Part shown: positions 20,406 through 34,000 of the stretch, in pieces
Layout: every line of letters starts with the position of its first letter
How positions within the stretch are numbered: position 1 is the first letter of the stretch
Assembly: GCA_032718475.1 (NCBI GenBank)
Contig: JAUCBJ010004668.1
Location: 1-35,779, forward strand
DNA length: 35,779 nt
Reading direction: 5' to 3'
Source of the DNA: Nemertoderma westbladi
Taxonomy: Eukaryota > Animalia > Xenacoelomorpha
Translations under genes and position numbers: made by a program
The notes under the pieces: model-generated
The model's database searches: none
Told to the model about the DNA's origin: nothing
What the model saw: only the letters and a program-made list of their open reading frames with translations

Positions 20406-22149
20406 GTTGCTGGCCGTATCGTTCGGTATATCAGCCTCTCGGTTTAATCTCAACTGATCGTAAAAATCGTAGGTTGAATGATTGATGAAGGTGTAACTTA
20501 ATCGGCAGCGCTAAGAATTGAAACAAATTTCACTTGAAAGAAACGACATTCATTCTTATAAGATTTCGAGCAACAAGTGAGAATTATGTTCCGTTTTTTA
20601 AAGGTTAGGGTGTCTAGGATACTGGGATAAATCAGTATTTCAATTTATTTTTATTTTGATTGTGAACCGCGAACGAAGCCTTTATAGAACAAGGAACTTT
20701 TTAAAAGGAACTCATTAAAAGGTATAAAAAGAAACCCAATAAATGCATGGAGGGGGGTGGGCGGGTGTGTATGGTGGTATCATTAGGTGTGCCACAGGCC
20801 ACAGCAGTGCAGAGGTTGAACAATCAATATTCCACCTCGTTTAAGTATTAGTAGGAAATCCTTTAGAGTAGATGGTACAGTAGATAATGGGTTCGTGACT
20901 AACCGAATCCGTATAATAATTTGGATGGATGGATTGTTAGAGCTGCAATGAATACTTAGAGATGGAACCCCTGTGCCTTATTAGATGTTGACTGACTGCT
21001 CCGTTTGAACAGAAAATGCTGCGTTAATGATGCTCTGTGTGGGAGGTGGGACGCGTATACGCTGACAGCTTTTTAAATGGGAAAAACCTCAAAACATTAT
21101 TTGAGTGAGTACTTGACTGAGGTTTACTTGTTGTAGACTGTAGATACTGTATGTGCGTTGGTGTTGTTTAAATTTAATAATATTTAATAATCCAAAAGAC
21201 TTAAAACAATTTCTTGTAATTGTAAATTAATCTATTTTGCTACATTATTTCAACAATGGCTGACAGCAGTGACAAATCCTCGCAAACGCTGAGGATTACG
21301 TCATGGCAGCGTTGCTATACCTGCTTCGCAAGGTATAAATAGATTCTAACGATTCTAAAACAATAGACTTCTACTCTAGAAATAGTTATACAACATATTT
21401 CAACCGTCTTCTTAAATCTTCAGCTCAGCAGCTTTCTTCATTTTTTTTTCGATATTCTAGAACACCACACCACGTCCGCGCCAAACAACCCAAGTATAAA
21501 ATGCTTCGAAATTGTACCAAACTTATAGCATTTCTAGGCTGGTGCACTAAATATAAAATTAATTGATTTAAAAATTTAAATTTAAAATAATATTCAGAGT
21601 AGACTAACTATGATAGCCTAACTACGATGATAGCCATTGCATGCCATATGTAAGTAGTGTAAGTGTTGGCTGTAGTTCAATAAAAGGATCAATAATCTTT
21701 TCTGTAACATTAAACATTACAATTAAATTATTAAAAGTGATTAATTTAAATGTTCAGAACGCGCCGATAAGTTGACATATTCTAACAAAATTAGGTAAAA
21801 TAATAAATAATTGTCTGAAAAGGGCCACTATTCAGAGTTTATGAACCATTTTTTGTATTTATGTAAGTCCCCTTGATGCGCCAGCGCGGTACATAAATAC
21901 GTTTTGTGTCACCGCAGCGTTCAAAGGCGACTGTTCATTTTCAATTCCCTCTGGTGCAGATTTTTATGTGAATTATAATGTTAACCTTACTCTGAATAAC
22001 TTTCTGTCTGAGATTGTGCTACTTATTGTTTGTCTGTAATTGATTTAATATTATGTGCTGTTAGGAGGTGTGTGTGTTGCCTCAGCGCTACTGCCGTGAT
22101 TAATTAACTCCATTATTAATTATATTATATTTACATATTTGTCACCAAT

Positions 22150-24650
22150 GGCTGGTCAGGAGTAGAGTGTTCTCATGTCCACTCTGAGTGCACTTCACTG
22201 CGACCTGCACCTGGCAGCAGGGGTACAGGGCATGACCTAGCAGATGAGCTGCACAGCCAATGGTGGGTCATGTGCGCCGGATTAGATATGGGTGATGGGC
22301 CTCATATCTGACTCCACTGCGACACCCACCCTGTGGAATGGCAAACCAGGGTATGGTATTTGCCCCGAGAGCTGACTCGGCAAAAAGCACCCCCTAACCC
22401 CCACTATGGATTAAATTAGCAATGCGGAGGTTCCGACCACAAGAGGCCAGTGGAATTACCGGACACAATCGGCCTCACAGGCGTCAGTTATCTCCTGTCC
22501 GGCTGCCTGTCTCATCCCCTACTGGAGAGAGAGCAGCCAACAATTCTTTGAGCCCCTTTCCTGATGACCTTTCTGGCCCAAACCCTGGGTCACCAGGGAG
22601 GCCAGATTGTGAGGGGGGGAGGGATTCTGGAGTTGGAGGCTACTCTCATGTTCCACCCCGACCAACAAAGCCATTGGTGAATCTGAGGCAAGTCACTATA
22701 CTAGCCTCAGTAAACACCCTAACACTCGGGTCCCCAATGCGACAAGGTGAGCTGACTGCCTTGGCAGATAAGCTTCCTCTTAGCGCAGTGGTTGTTCAAG
22801 AGCACCGAATCCAGAATGGACAGACTGATGAGGTTCTGATTAAGGACATGGAGGCGGTTGGCGACTCGCCCTCGCGTCAGCAGATGATAGTGGCAATGGT
22901 GGTATTGGTCTATTGATGAATCCAACTGCACATGCAGCATTGGACAAAATAGACCAAATCTCTAACCGCATCATCCGTTGCCACTTCTCATGTTCTGGAA
23001 GACTGGCTAAGAAATTTCCTAAGGTGGTTCTGATTGTGTGCTACTCTCCAACTAGTGTTGCCCCTGTAGAGGAGGTGGAAAATTTCTACCAGAAACTACA
23101 AGCAGCTACTGATGGAGTGGATCAGCATGCATTCTTAACATTCCTGGGAGACTGTAATGCAAGTCTGCATCAATCACCTACATCGCCCTGGGTCTATAGC
23201 AATAGTGTTAACCGAAATTCCGTCCATCTTCAGGATTTTATCTCTGGAAATGGATTGTGTTCGGCTGGAACCCAGTTCAAGAAGCGAACTGTAAAGCTAT
23301 GGACTAATAGTGGACCCAGTGGTCACAAATCCCAGATAGACCATATTCTGTTTCGTAGGAAATACAGGAGCTCTATACAACTTTATAGAAGTAAAAGTGT
23401 CTGAGTCTGTACTCCCAGATATTCCCATTGGCGATATCTCCTTTGCAGAAGTGAAGGCTGCTGCGAAGAGCATTAAGACCAATCGTGCCAGTGGTGTAGA
23501 TGGTGTTCCCCCTGAGGTCTTTAAAATACCTGAGTGTTTAAAACTCATCTATCCCATCATAGTAGACATGTACCGAACAACAAGAGTCCCACATGAAATG
23601 AAAACAAATAAGTTGGTGCCAGTTCCCAAGAAGGGCAACCTAACACTCTATGTTTCTTTTCGGGGAATCTCATTGATTTCGGTTGCTGCAAAGCTATACA
23701 ATAGAATTATATTAAATCGCATCAGGGATCCCATTGAGAGACTGCTCCGTGGAAATCAGAATGGGTTCCGTAAAGGTCGTGGGACCATGGAGCCCATTTT
23801 GGCACTTAGAAGGATAATTGAAGAGTTATCAAAAAAGAAAGACAGGCATCTGGCTGTTATCTTTGTTGACTTCTTCAAGGCCTTTGATTCAGTCTCTCGC
23901 CACGTATGTTCAGCATACTTTCATTATATGGGATTCCCCGATGAAATTATTGCAGCAATCAGATCAGTATACGATGGTTCGACAACATTTGTGTCTACTG
24001 TTGACGGTGACACAGATCCATTGGAAGTGTTGGGGGGCGTCCTCCAGGGAGACACACTTGCACCATTTTTGTTCATAATTGTGGTTGACTATGTTCTACG
24101 CATGTCCTTAGATCATCATAATGATGATGTGGTGAGGATAACTGCACCTACTGGCTCCAGAAGTCGAGGAAATCCTGCCAAGTACCTAACTGATCTAGAC
24201 TTTGCTGATGACTTAGGAGTACTCTCAGAATCACTAGAGGGAGCCCAACGGCTCCTCAGCTCATTAGAACAGGCTGCTTCTAGTGTTGGTCTTTTTATTA
24301 ACTCCAGAAAGACCAAAATGTTGACAGTTAACTTTGAAAGTCCTCAGCAAGTCTCTGATCGGATGAGCATAAGCTCAAAGGATGGTATGCTTGAGCATGT
24401 GGACGACTTCTGTTACCTGGGATCATGGATCCGGAAGTCAGGTGAGGACCTTCGAATACGTAAGGGAAAGGCATGGGCAGCCTTGAATAGGCTTTCCAGG
24501 ATTTGGAAGTCACAGAGAATTAATCGGAAACTTAAGGTCCGATTATTTAGAGCAGCAGTAGTTCCAGTACTCCTCTATGGGAGTCCATGCTGGGCTCTAA
24601 CTGCTGAGGACACCAAATCTCTGGATGGCACATTCACAAGAATGCTACGC
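22150..24650 (+). mobile_element. Non-LTR retrotransposon (LINE), probably RTE clade; decayed, internally deleted, 3' truncated
   Basis: Short GC-richer 5' UTR, then a single APE+RT reading path with no ORF1. APE motifs VNTL, VQEHR, GDCNA, SQIDHIL. RT motifs PKKG, FRGISL, QNGFR, FVDF.KAFDSV, GVLQGDTLAPFLF, FADD, YLGS, LLYG..CW.LT. The 5' boundary is approximate. Confidence 0.92.
22422..24650 (+). pseudogene. Disrupted endonuclease/reverse transcriptase ORF of the LINE
   Basis: Frameshift near 22850 (DM then GGGWRLALASADDSGNGGIGLLMNP in another frame). Second break near 23376 where the SDH motif and APE-RT linker are absent. Ends at FTRMLR against satellite DNA. Confidence 0.88.
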
Positions 24651-26200
24651 ATTAATTATATTAATTATATTTCATTAACTCACTCACAACTGGCTACGTT
24701 GTTGTCTCCCTTAATTATATTTCATTAACTCACTCACAACCGGCTACGTTGTTGTTCTCCTTATTTAATTATATTTCATTAACTCACTCACAACTGGCTA
24801 CGTTGTTGTCTCCCTTAATTATATTTCATTAACTCACTCACAACCGGCTACGTTGTTGTTCTCCTTATTTAATTATATTTCATTAACTCACTCACAACTG
24901 GCTACGTTGTTGTCTCCCTTATTTAATTATATTTCATTAACTCACTCACAACTGGCTACGTTGTTGTCTCCCTTATTTAATTATATTTCATTAACTCACT
25001 CACAACTGACTACGTTGTTGTTCTCCTTATTTAATTATATTTCATTAACTCACTCACAACTGGCTACGTTGTTGTCTCCCTTATTTAATTATATTTCATT
25101 AACTCACTCACAATTGGCTACGTTGTTGTCTCCCTTATTTAATTATATTTCATTAACTCACTCACAATTGGCTACGTTGTTGTCTCCCTTATTTAATTAT
25201 ATTTCATTAACTCACTCACAACTGGCTACGTTGTTGTCTCCCTTATTTAATTATATTTCATTAACTCACTCACAATTGGCTACGTTGTTGTCTCCCTTAT
25301 TTAATTATATTTCATTAACTCACTCACAACTGGCTACGTTGTTGTTCTCCTTATTTAATTATATTTCATTAACTCACTCACAACTGGCTACGTTGTTGTC
25401 TCCTTATTTAATTATATTTCATTAACTCACTCACAACTGGCTACGTTGTTGTTCTCCTTATTTAATTATATTTCATTAACTCACTCACAACTGGCTACGT
25501 TGTTGTTCTCCTTATTTAATTATATTTCATTAACTCACTCACAACTGGCTACGTTGTTGTTCTCCTTAATTAATTATATTTCATTAACTCACTCACAACT
25601 GGCTACGTTGTTGTCTCCCTTATTTAATTATATTTCATTAACTCACTCACAACTGGCTACGTTGTTGTTCTCCTTATTTAATTATATTTCATTAACTCAC
25701 TCACAACCGGCTACGTTGTTGTCTCCCTTATTTAATTATATTTCATTAACTCACTCACAACCGGCTACGTTGTTGTCTCCCTTATTTAATTATATTTCAT
25801 TAACTCACTCACAACTGGCTACGTTGTTGTTCTCCTTATTTAATTATATTTCATTAACTCACTCACAACTGGCTACGTTGTTGTTCTCCTTAATTAATTA
25901 TATTTCATTAACTCACTCACAACTGGCTACGTTGTTGTCTCCCTTATTTAATTATATTTCATTAACTCACTCACAACTGGCTACGTTGTTGTTCTCCTTA
26001 TTTAATTATATTTCATTAACTCACTCACAACCGGCTACGTTGTTGTCTCCCTTATTTAATTATATTTCATTAACTCACTCACAACCGGCTACGTTGTTGT
26101 CTCCCTTATTTAATTATATTTCATTAACTCACTCACAACTGGCTACGTTGTTGTCTCCCTTATTTAATTATATTTCATTAACTCACTCACAACTGGCTAC
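24651..26200 (+). repeat. 54-bp satellite, array 1 (about 29 copies)
   Basis: Unit ttaattatatttcattaactcactcacaactggctacgttgttgtctcccttat, with 50- and 53-bp variants. Confidence 0.98.
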
Positions 26201-26555
26201 TGGGAAAACGCAACTACTAAACTATAATAAAAAATACCTTAAATCTCGTAAAATATCAAAAAACGTTGTTTTTGAACCCAAATATCGCGAGAACTACAAA
26301 TCTTATGTAAAAACGGTTACTGTATTTGGAATCTGCTGTTAATTTAACACTAAAAGAAGTATCACAAGTTAACTTTTCTCTTAATGTTACAGAAACGGAC
26401 TGGGAATAGTTATGTCTGCTTTTTCAATAAAAAATACCTTAAATTTCGTAAAATATCAAAAAACGTTGTGTTTGAACGCCAATATCGCGAGAACTACCAA
26501 TCATTATGTAAAAACGGTAACTGTATTTGGAATCTGCGGTTAATTTAACACTAAA
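26201..26555 (+). repeat. About 200-bp tandem duplication (1.8 copies)
   Basis: aataaaaaataccttaaat...atatcgcgagaactac...tgtatttggaatctgc..ttaatttaacactaaa occurs at about 26226-26354 and 26426-26555. Both copies begin tgggaa (26201, 26401). Confidence 0.9.
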
Positions 26556-28110
26556 TGACATGTCAAAATGTTAATTTGAAAGTGACTTTTTGGCAAAATG
26601 ACATGTCAAAATGTCAATTCGAAAGTGACATTTTGGCAAAATGACATGTCAAAATGTCAATTTGAAAGTGACATTTTGGCAAAATCACATGTCAAAATGT
26701 CAATTCGAGAGTGACATTTTGGCAAAATGACATGTCAAAATGTCAATTTGAAAGTGACATATTGACACATTGACATTTTGGCAAAATGACATGTCAAAAT
26801 GTCAATTTGAAGTGGAATTTTGGCAAAATGACATGTCAAAGTGTCAATTTGAAAGTGACATATTGACACATTGACATTTTGGCAAAATTACATTTTGGCA
26901 AAAATACATTTTGGCAAAATTACATTTTGGCAAAATGACATGTCAAAATGTCAATTCGAAAGCGACATTTTGGCAAAATGACATGTCAAAATGTCAATTT
27001 GAAAGTGACATTTTGGCAAAATGACATGTCAAATGTCAACTTGAAAGTGACATTTTGGCAAAATGACATGTCAAAATGTCAATTCGAAAGCGACATTTTG
27101 GCAAAATGACATGTCAAATGTCGACTTGAAAATGACATATTGGCAAAATGACATGTCAAAATGTAAATTCGAAAGTGACATTTTGGCAAAGTGACATGTC
27201 AAATGTCAACTTGAAAGTGACATTTTGGCAAAATGACATGTCAAAATGTGAATTTGAAAGTGACATTTTGACAAAATGACATGTCAAAATGTCAATTCGA
27301 AAGTGACATTTTGGCAAAATGACATGTCAAAATGTCAATTCGAAAGCGACATTTTGGCAAAATGACATGTCAAAATGTCAATTTGAAAGTGACATATTGA
27401 CACATTGACATTTTGGCAAAATGACATGTCAAAATGTCAATTTGAAAGTTACATTTTGGCAAAATGACATGTCAAAGTGTCAATTTGAAAGTGACATATT
27501 GACACATTGACATTTTGGCAAAATGACATTTTGGCAAAATGACATGTCAAAATGTCAATTTGAAAGTGACATTTTGGCAAAATCACATGTCAAAATGTCA
27601 ATTTGAAAGTGACATTTTGGCAAAATGACATGTCAAAATGTCAATTTGAAAGTGACATTTTGGCAAAATGACATGTCAAAATGTCAATTCGAAAGTGACA
27701 TTTTGGCAAAATGACATGCCAAAATGTCAATTTGAAAGTGACATTTTGACAAAATGACATATTGGCAAAATGACATGTCAAAATGTCAATTCGAAAGTGA
27801 CATTTTGGCAAAATGACATGTCAAATGTCAACTTGAAAGTGACATTTTGGCAAAATGACATGTCAAAATGTCAATTCGAAAGCGACATTTTGGCAAAATG
27901 ACATGTCAAAATGTCAACTTGAAAATGACATTTTGGCAAAATGACATGTCAAAATGTCATTTCGAAAGTGACATTTTGGCAAAATGACATGTCAAAATGT
28001 CATTTCGAAAGTGACATTTTGGCAAAATGTCATGTCAAAATGTCAATTTGAAAGTGACATTTTGGCAAAATGACATGTGGAAATGTCAATTTGAAAGTGA
28101 CATTTTGGCA
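26553..28110. repeat. 43-bp quasi-palindromic satellite (about 36 copies)
   Basis: Unit aaaatgacatgtcaaaatgtcaattYgaaagtgacattttggc. Confidence 0.97.
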
Positions 28111-29669
28111 TATAGCATGACACCATAGCATATAGCATATCATATATCATATAGCAAATAGCACATGGCATATATCATATAGCATAGCATATAGCACATA
28201 GCATATAGCACATAGCATATAGCATATAGCACATATAGCATATAGCATATAGCATGTGACATAGCATATAGCATAGAGCATATAACATATAGCATATAGC
28301 ATATATCATATAGCATGTAACACATCATATAGCATATAGCATATAGCACATAGCACACAGCATATAGCATATAGCATGTAGCATATAGCATATAGCATAT
28401 AGCATATAGCATATCACACAGCATATAGCATATAGCATATAGCATATAGCACACAGCATATAGCATATAGCATATAGTATATAGCATATAGCACACATCA
28501 TATAGCATATAGCACACAGCATATAGCATATAGCATATAGCACACAGCATATAGCATATAGCATATAGCACATAGCATATAGCATATAGCATATAGCATA
28601 TAGCATATAGCATATCGCATATAGCATATAGCATATATCATATAGCATATAGCATAGCACACAGCATATAGCATATAGCATAGCATATAGCATATAGCAT
28701 ATAGCATATAGCACACAGCATATAGCATATAGTATATAGCATATAGCACACATCATATAGCACATAGCATATAGCACACAGCATATAGCATATAGCATAT
28801 CGCATATAGCATATAGCATATAGCATGTAACACAGCATATCACATGGCATATATCATACAGCATAGCATATAGCACATAGCACAGATAGCATATAGCATA
28901 TAGCATGTGACATAGCATATAGCATAGCATATAGCATAGAGCATATAACATATAGCATATAGCATATATCATGTAACACATCATGTAGCATATAGCATAT
29001 AGCACACAGCATATAGCATATAGCATGTAGCATATAGCATATAGCATAGCAAACAGCATATAGCATATAGCACACAGCATATAGCATAGCATATAGCATA
29101 GCATAGCATGTACTATAGCATATAACATAACATGGCTTATAGAATAACATATAACATATAGCTTTTGACATATAACATAGCATAACATATATAGCATATG
29201 ACATATAGCATATAGCAAGCATATAGCATAGCATATAACATAGATATGACATATAACATATAGCTTATGACGTATAGCATATAACATATAGCATAGCATA
29301 TAGCATATAGCACACAGCAAATATCATATAGCATATAGCATAGCACACAACATATAGCATATAGCATATAGCATATAGCATAGCACACATCATATAGCAT
29401 ATAGCATGTAGCATATAGCATATAGCACACAGCATATAGCATATAGCACACAGCACACAGCATATAGCATATAGCATATAGCATATAGCATATAACATAT
29501 ACCATAGCATATAGCATAACATGGCATATAGCATAACATATAACATATGACATATAGCATATAGCATATAGCATATAGCATATAGCATATAGCATATAGC
29601 ATATAGCATATAGCATATAGCATATAGCATATAGTATATAGCATAAAGCATATAGCATATAGCATATAG
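28111..29669 (+). repeat. (TAGCATA)n heptanucleotide-based simple repeat, degenerate
   Basis: tatagca repeats with cacagca, tagca and taacata variants. Accounts for all the MLYAICY ORFs. Confidence 0.98.
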
Positions 29670-31037
29670 GATATGTAATATTTTAAATCGCGATTTCGAC
29701 CATGAAGAATTCACTTTATTGAAAAAGTTTAAAAGTCAAAAATGTTTATAATCATCGATAATAGGGGGGTAGACAAAATATCGAAATCTAGAAATGGCGG
29801 TAAATATGAAATGCTTTTTTGCATGTACTTTGGGCCATTATAACTCCCGAACTATAAGTCTAAATGAAAAACTGATTTCAGATTCTGAATCAGCACACTC
29901 TACTTACCTAATAACAATGGTTTCAGAAAATTCTCAGAAGGTTTGGTTTTTATCAAAATTTTTAAAACATTCTGATGCATCAAAATTACATTCTTATAAA
30001 TATAATTTCAAATAAGGTTATTCTCTGTCGCAGTACGTAGTTCTTGGTATGCATAGAAAGAGAAAATTACGCACATTCCAATGAACTTAAAATCAGCCAA
30101 TTTCATCCACGTCAACCAAAGTTACAGGCCGCCAAAGTTTTCATTATTTTCAGAGTACACTAGTGGTTTCTAAGCCACGCTCAGTCATTAACCATGATGT
30201 CATTTTAGCCACGAAGAACTCTCATTCGTTCAAACGCTACCATTAGTTCAATGGTGGGGAGAAAGTTAGTATTTAAAATGCAAAATAAACATAGAAAACA
30301 TCATTCTCAAGAGTAGCTAAAAAAAAAAAGTTGTATGCAAAATTCAATCTAGTTCCCGAATCTGTCACTTTCCCGCCATCAAACCCTCAACTTTTCCAAA
30401 TAATGTACAGGCGAAAATTCTGTGAAAAAGACAAACCATTATTCCCCTTCACTTAATGTTAAATCTATAATGGTTGAAGCTATTTTCCCTTTGTCTCCAC
30501 AGAAACAGCGAATCAGAAGCTTTGTTGACATCCCAACCAACTCATCTTGCTAAACCCGGCTTTTTACAAAAAAATATCGCCTTTTAAGCTAGTTTTTATG
30601 CAAAAACTCCTATTATACTATCAAAAATTATATTCAAAATATATACATCTTATGGAATGCAACATGACGAGTCTCGTGGTATATTTACTTTTTCAAGAGA
30701 TACTTAAATAAGCCCAATCCAACGTCATGTTCCTGTGTTTTCACTCTACATATCCATTCAAGATGGCGTCCATTCAAGGCAATATCCAATCTAATTATGC
30801 TAATGAGTTCTTTACTATAGTCACTGCGTACAGGCGCATTGCATTGTTACCTTGCTAGCCATAGCCATCCATTATTATTACATTGACACAACGTTCTTTA
30901 ATACAACCACAGAGTTCATAGAGAGTTCACAGACAGTTGTTCGCGCATACCATCTGAATCAGGCCTACGCGACCGTAGCCTACTTGTTTCAGTTTACATT
31001 CAGTGGGCTTTATTTATACAAAGGCAACGGCCAGTGT

Positions 31038-34000
31038 CATTTCATTCAATAACAATACTTCTGGCTACCGTTGTTGTTCTCCCTTACTTTAATTATATTT
31101 CATTAACTCACTCACAACTGGCTACGTTGTTGTCTCCCTTATTTAATTATATTTCATTAACTCACTCACAACTGGCTACGTTGTTGTCTCCCTTATTTAA
31201 TTATATTTCATTAACTCACTCACAACTGGCTACGTTGTTGTCTCTCCTTATTTAATTATATTTCATTAACTCACTCACAACTGGCTACGTTGTTGTCTCC
31301 CTTATTTAATTATATTTCATTAACTCACTCACAACTGGCTACGTTGTTGTCTCCCTTATTTAATTATATTTCATTAACTCACTCACAACTGGCTACGTTG
31401 TTGTCTCCCTTATTTAATTATATTTCATTAACTCACTCACAACTGGCTACGTTGTTGTCTCCCTTATTTAATTATATTTCATTAACTCACTCACAACTGG
31501 CTACGTTGTTGTCTCCCTTATTTAATTATATTTCATTAACTCACTCACAACTGGCTACGTTGTTGTCTCCCTTATTTAATTATATTTCATTAACTCACTC
31601 ACAACTGGCTACGTTGTTGTCTCCCTTATTTAATTATATTTCATTAACTCACTCACAACTGGCTACGTTGTTGTCTCCCTTATTTAATTATATTTCATTA
31701 ACTCACTCACAACTGGCTACGTTGTTGTCTCCCTTATTAATTATATTTCATTAACTCACTCACAACTGGCTACGTTGTTGTCTCCCTTATTTAATTATAT
31801 TTCATTAACTCACTCACAACTGGCTACGTTGTTGTCTCCCTTATTTAATTATATTTCATTAACTCACTCACAACTGGCTACGTTGTTGTCTCCCTTATTT
31901 AATTATATTTCATTAACTCACTCACAACTGGCTACGTTGTTGTTCTCCTTATTTAATTATATTTCATTAACTCACTCACAACTGGCTACGTTGTTGTCTC
32001 CCTTATTTAATTATATTTCATTAACTCACTCACAACTGGCTACGTTGTTGTCTCCCTTATTTAATTATATTTCATTAACTCACTCACAACTGGCTACGTT
32101 GTTGTCTCCCTTATTTAATTATATTTCATTAACTCACTCACAACTGGCTACGTTGTTGTCTCCCTTATTTAATTATATTTCATTAACTCACTCACAACTG
32201 GCTACGTTGTTGTCTCCCTTATTTAATTATATTTCATTAACTCACTCACAACTGGCTACGTTGTTGTCTCTCCTTATTTAATTATATTTCATTAACTCAC
32301 TCACAACTGGCTACGTTGTTGTTCTCCTTATTTAATTATATTTCATTAACTCACTCACAACTGGCTACGTTGTTGTCTCCCTTATTTAATTATATTTCAT
32401 TAACTCACTCACAACTGGCTACGTTGTTGTCTCCCTTATTTAATTATATTTCATTAACTCACTCACAACTGGCTACGTTGTTGTCTCCCTTATTTAATTA
32501 TATTTCATTAACTCACTCACAACTGGCTACGTTGTTGTCTCCCTTATTTAATTATATTTCATTAACTCACTCACAACTGGCTACGTTGTTGTCTCTCCTT
32601 ATTTAATTATATTTCATTAACTCACTCACAACTGGCTACGTTGTTGTCTCCCTTATTTAATTATATTTCATTAACTCACTCACAACTGGCTACGTTGTTG
32701 TCTCCCTTATTTAATTATATTTCATTAACTCACTCACAACTGGCTACGTTGTTGTCTCCCTTATTTAATTATATTTCATTAACTCACTCACAACTGGCTA
32801 CGTTGTTGTCTCCCTATTTAATTATATTTCATTAACTCACTCACAACTGGCTACGTTGTTGTCTCCCTTATTTAATTATATTTCATTAACTCACTCACAA
32901 CTGGCTACGTTGTTGTCTCCCTTATTTAATTATATTTCATTAACTCACTCACAACTGGCTACGTTGTTGTCTCCCTTATTTAATTATATTTCATTAACTC
33001 ACTCACAACTGGCTACGTTGTTGTTCTCCTTATTTAATTATATTTCATTAACTCACTCACAACTGGCTACGTTGTTGTCTCCCTTAATTATATTTCATTA
33101 ACTCACTCACAACTGGCTACGTTGTTGTTCTCCTTATTTAATTATATTTCATTAACTCACTCACAACTGGCTACGTTGTTGTCTCCCTTATTAATTATAT
33201 TTCATTAACTCACTCACAACTGGCTACGTTGTTGTCTCCCTTAATTATATTTCATTAACTCACTCACAACTGGCTACGTTGTTGTTCTCCTTATTTAATT
33301 ATATTTCATTAACTCACTCACAACTGGCTACGTTGTTGTTCTCCTTATTTAATTATATTTCATTAACTCACTCACAACTGGCTACGTTGTTGTCTCCCTT
33401 AATTATATTTCATTAACTCACTCACAACTGGCTACGTTGTTGTCTCCCTTATTTAATTATATTTCATTAACTCACTCACAACTGGCTACGTTGTTGTCTC
33501 CCTTAATTATATTTCATTAACTCACTCACAACTGGCTACGTTGTTGTCTCCCTTAATTATATTTCATTAACTCACTCACAACTGGCTACGTTGTTGTTCT
33601 CCTTATTTAATTATATTTCATTAACTCACTCACAACTGGCTACGTTGTTGTCTCCCTTAATTATATTTCATTAACTCACTCACAACTGGCTACGTTGTTG
33701 TCTCCCTTTAATTATATTTCATTAACTCACTCACAACTGGCTACGTTGTTGTTCTCCTTATTTAATTATATTTCATTAACTCACTCACAACTGGCTACGT
33801 TGTTGTTCTCCTTATTTAATTATATTTCATTAACTCACTCACAACTGGCTACGTTGTTGTCTCCCTTAATTATATTTCATTAACTCACTCACAACTGGCT
33901 ACGTTGTTGTCTCCCTTATTTAATTATATTTCATTAACTCACTCACAACTGGCTACGTTGTTGTTCTCCTTATTTAATTATATTTCATTAACTCACTCAC

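Noticed and set aside
21256-21332. caacaATGGCTGAC...GCAAG|gtata as a possible first exon of another gene
   Set aside because: No downstream exons identifiable and no recognisable peptide.
22238-22275. Hammerhead-like string cagatga-gctg-ca-cagc-caa
   Set aside because: Core deviates from CUGAUGA and GAAA, and stem III cannot be formed.
26553-28110. p53 half-site array (GACATGTC core)
   Set aside because: TGACATGTCA misses the RRRCWWGYYY consensus at both outer positions, and half-sites are 43 bp apart rather than adjacent.
28140-29714. MLYAICY-repeat ORFs on the minus strand
   Set aside because: Product of the (TATGCTA)n simple repeat; open in all three frames.
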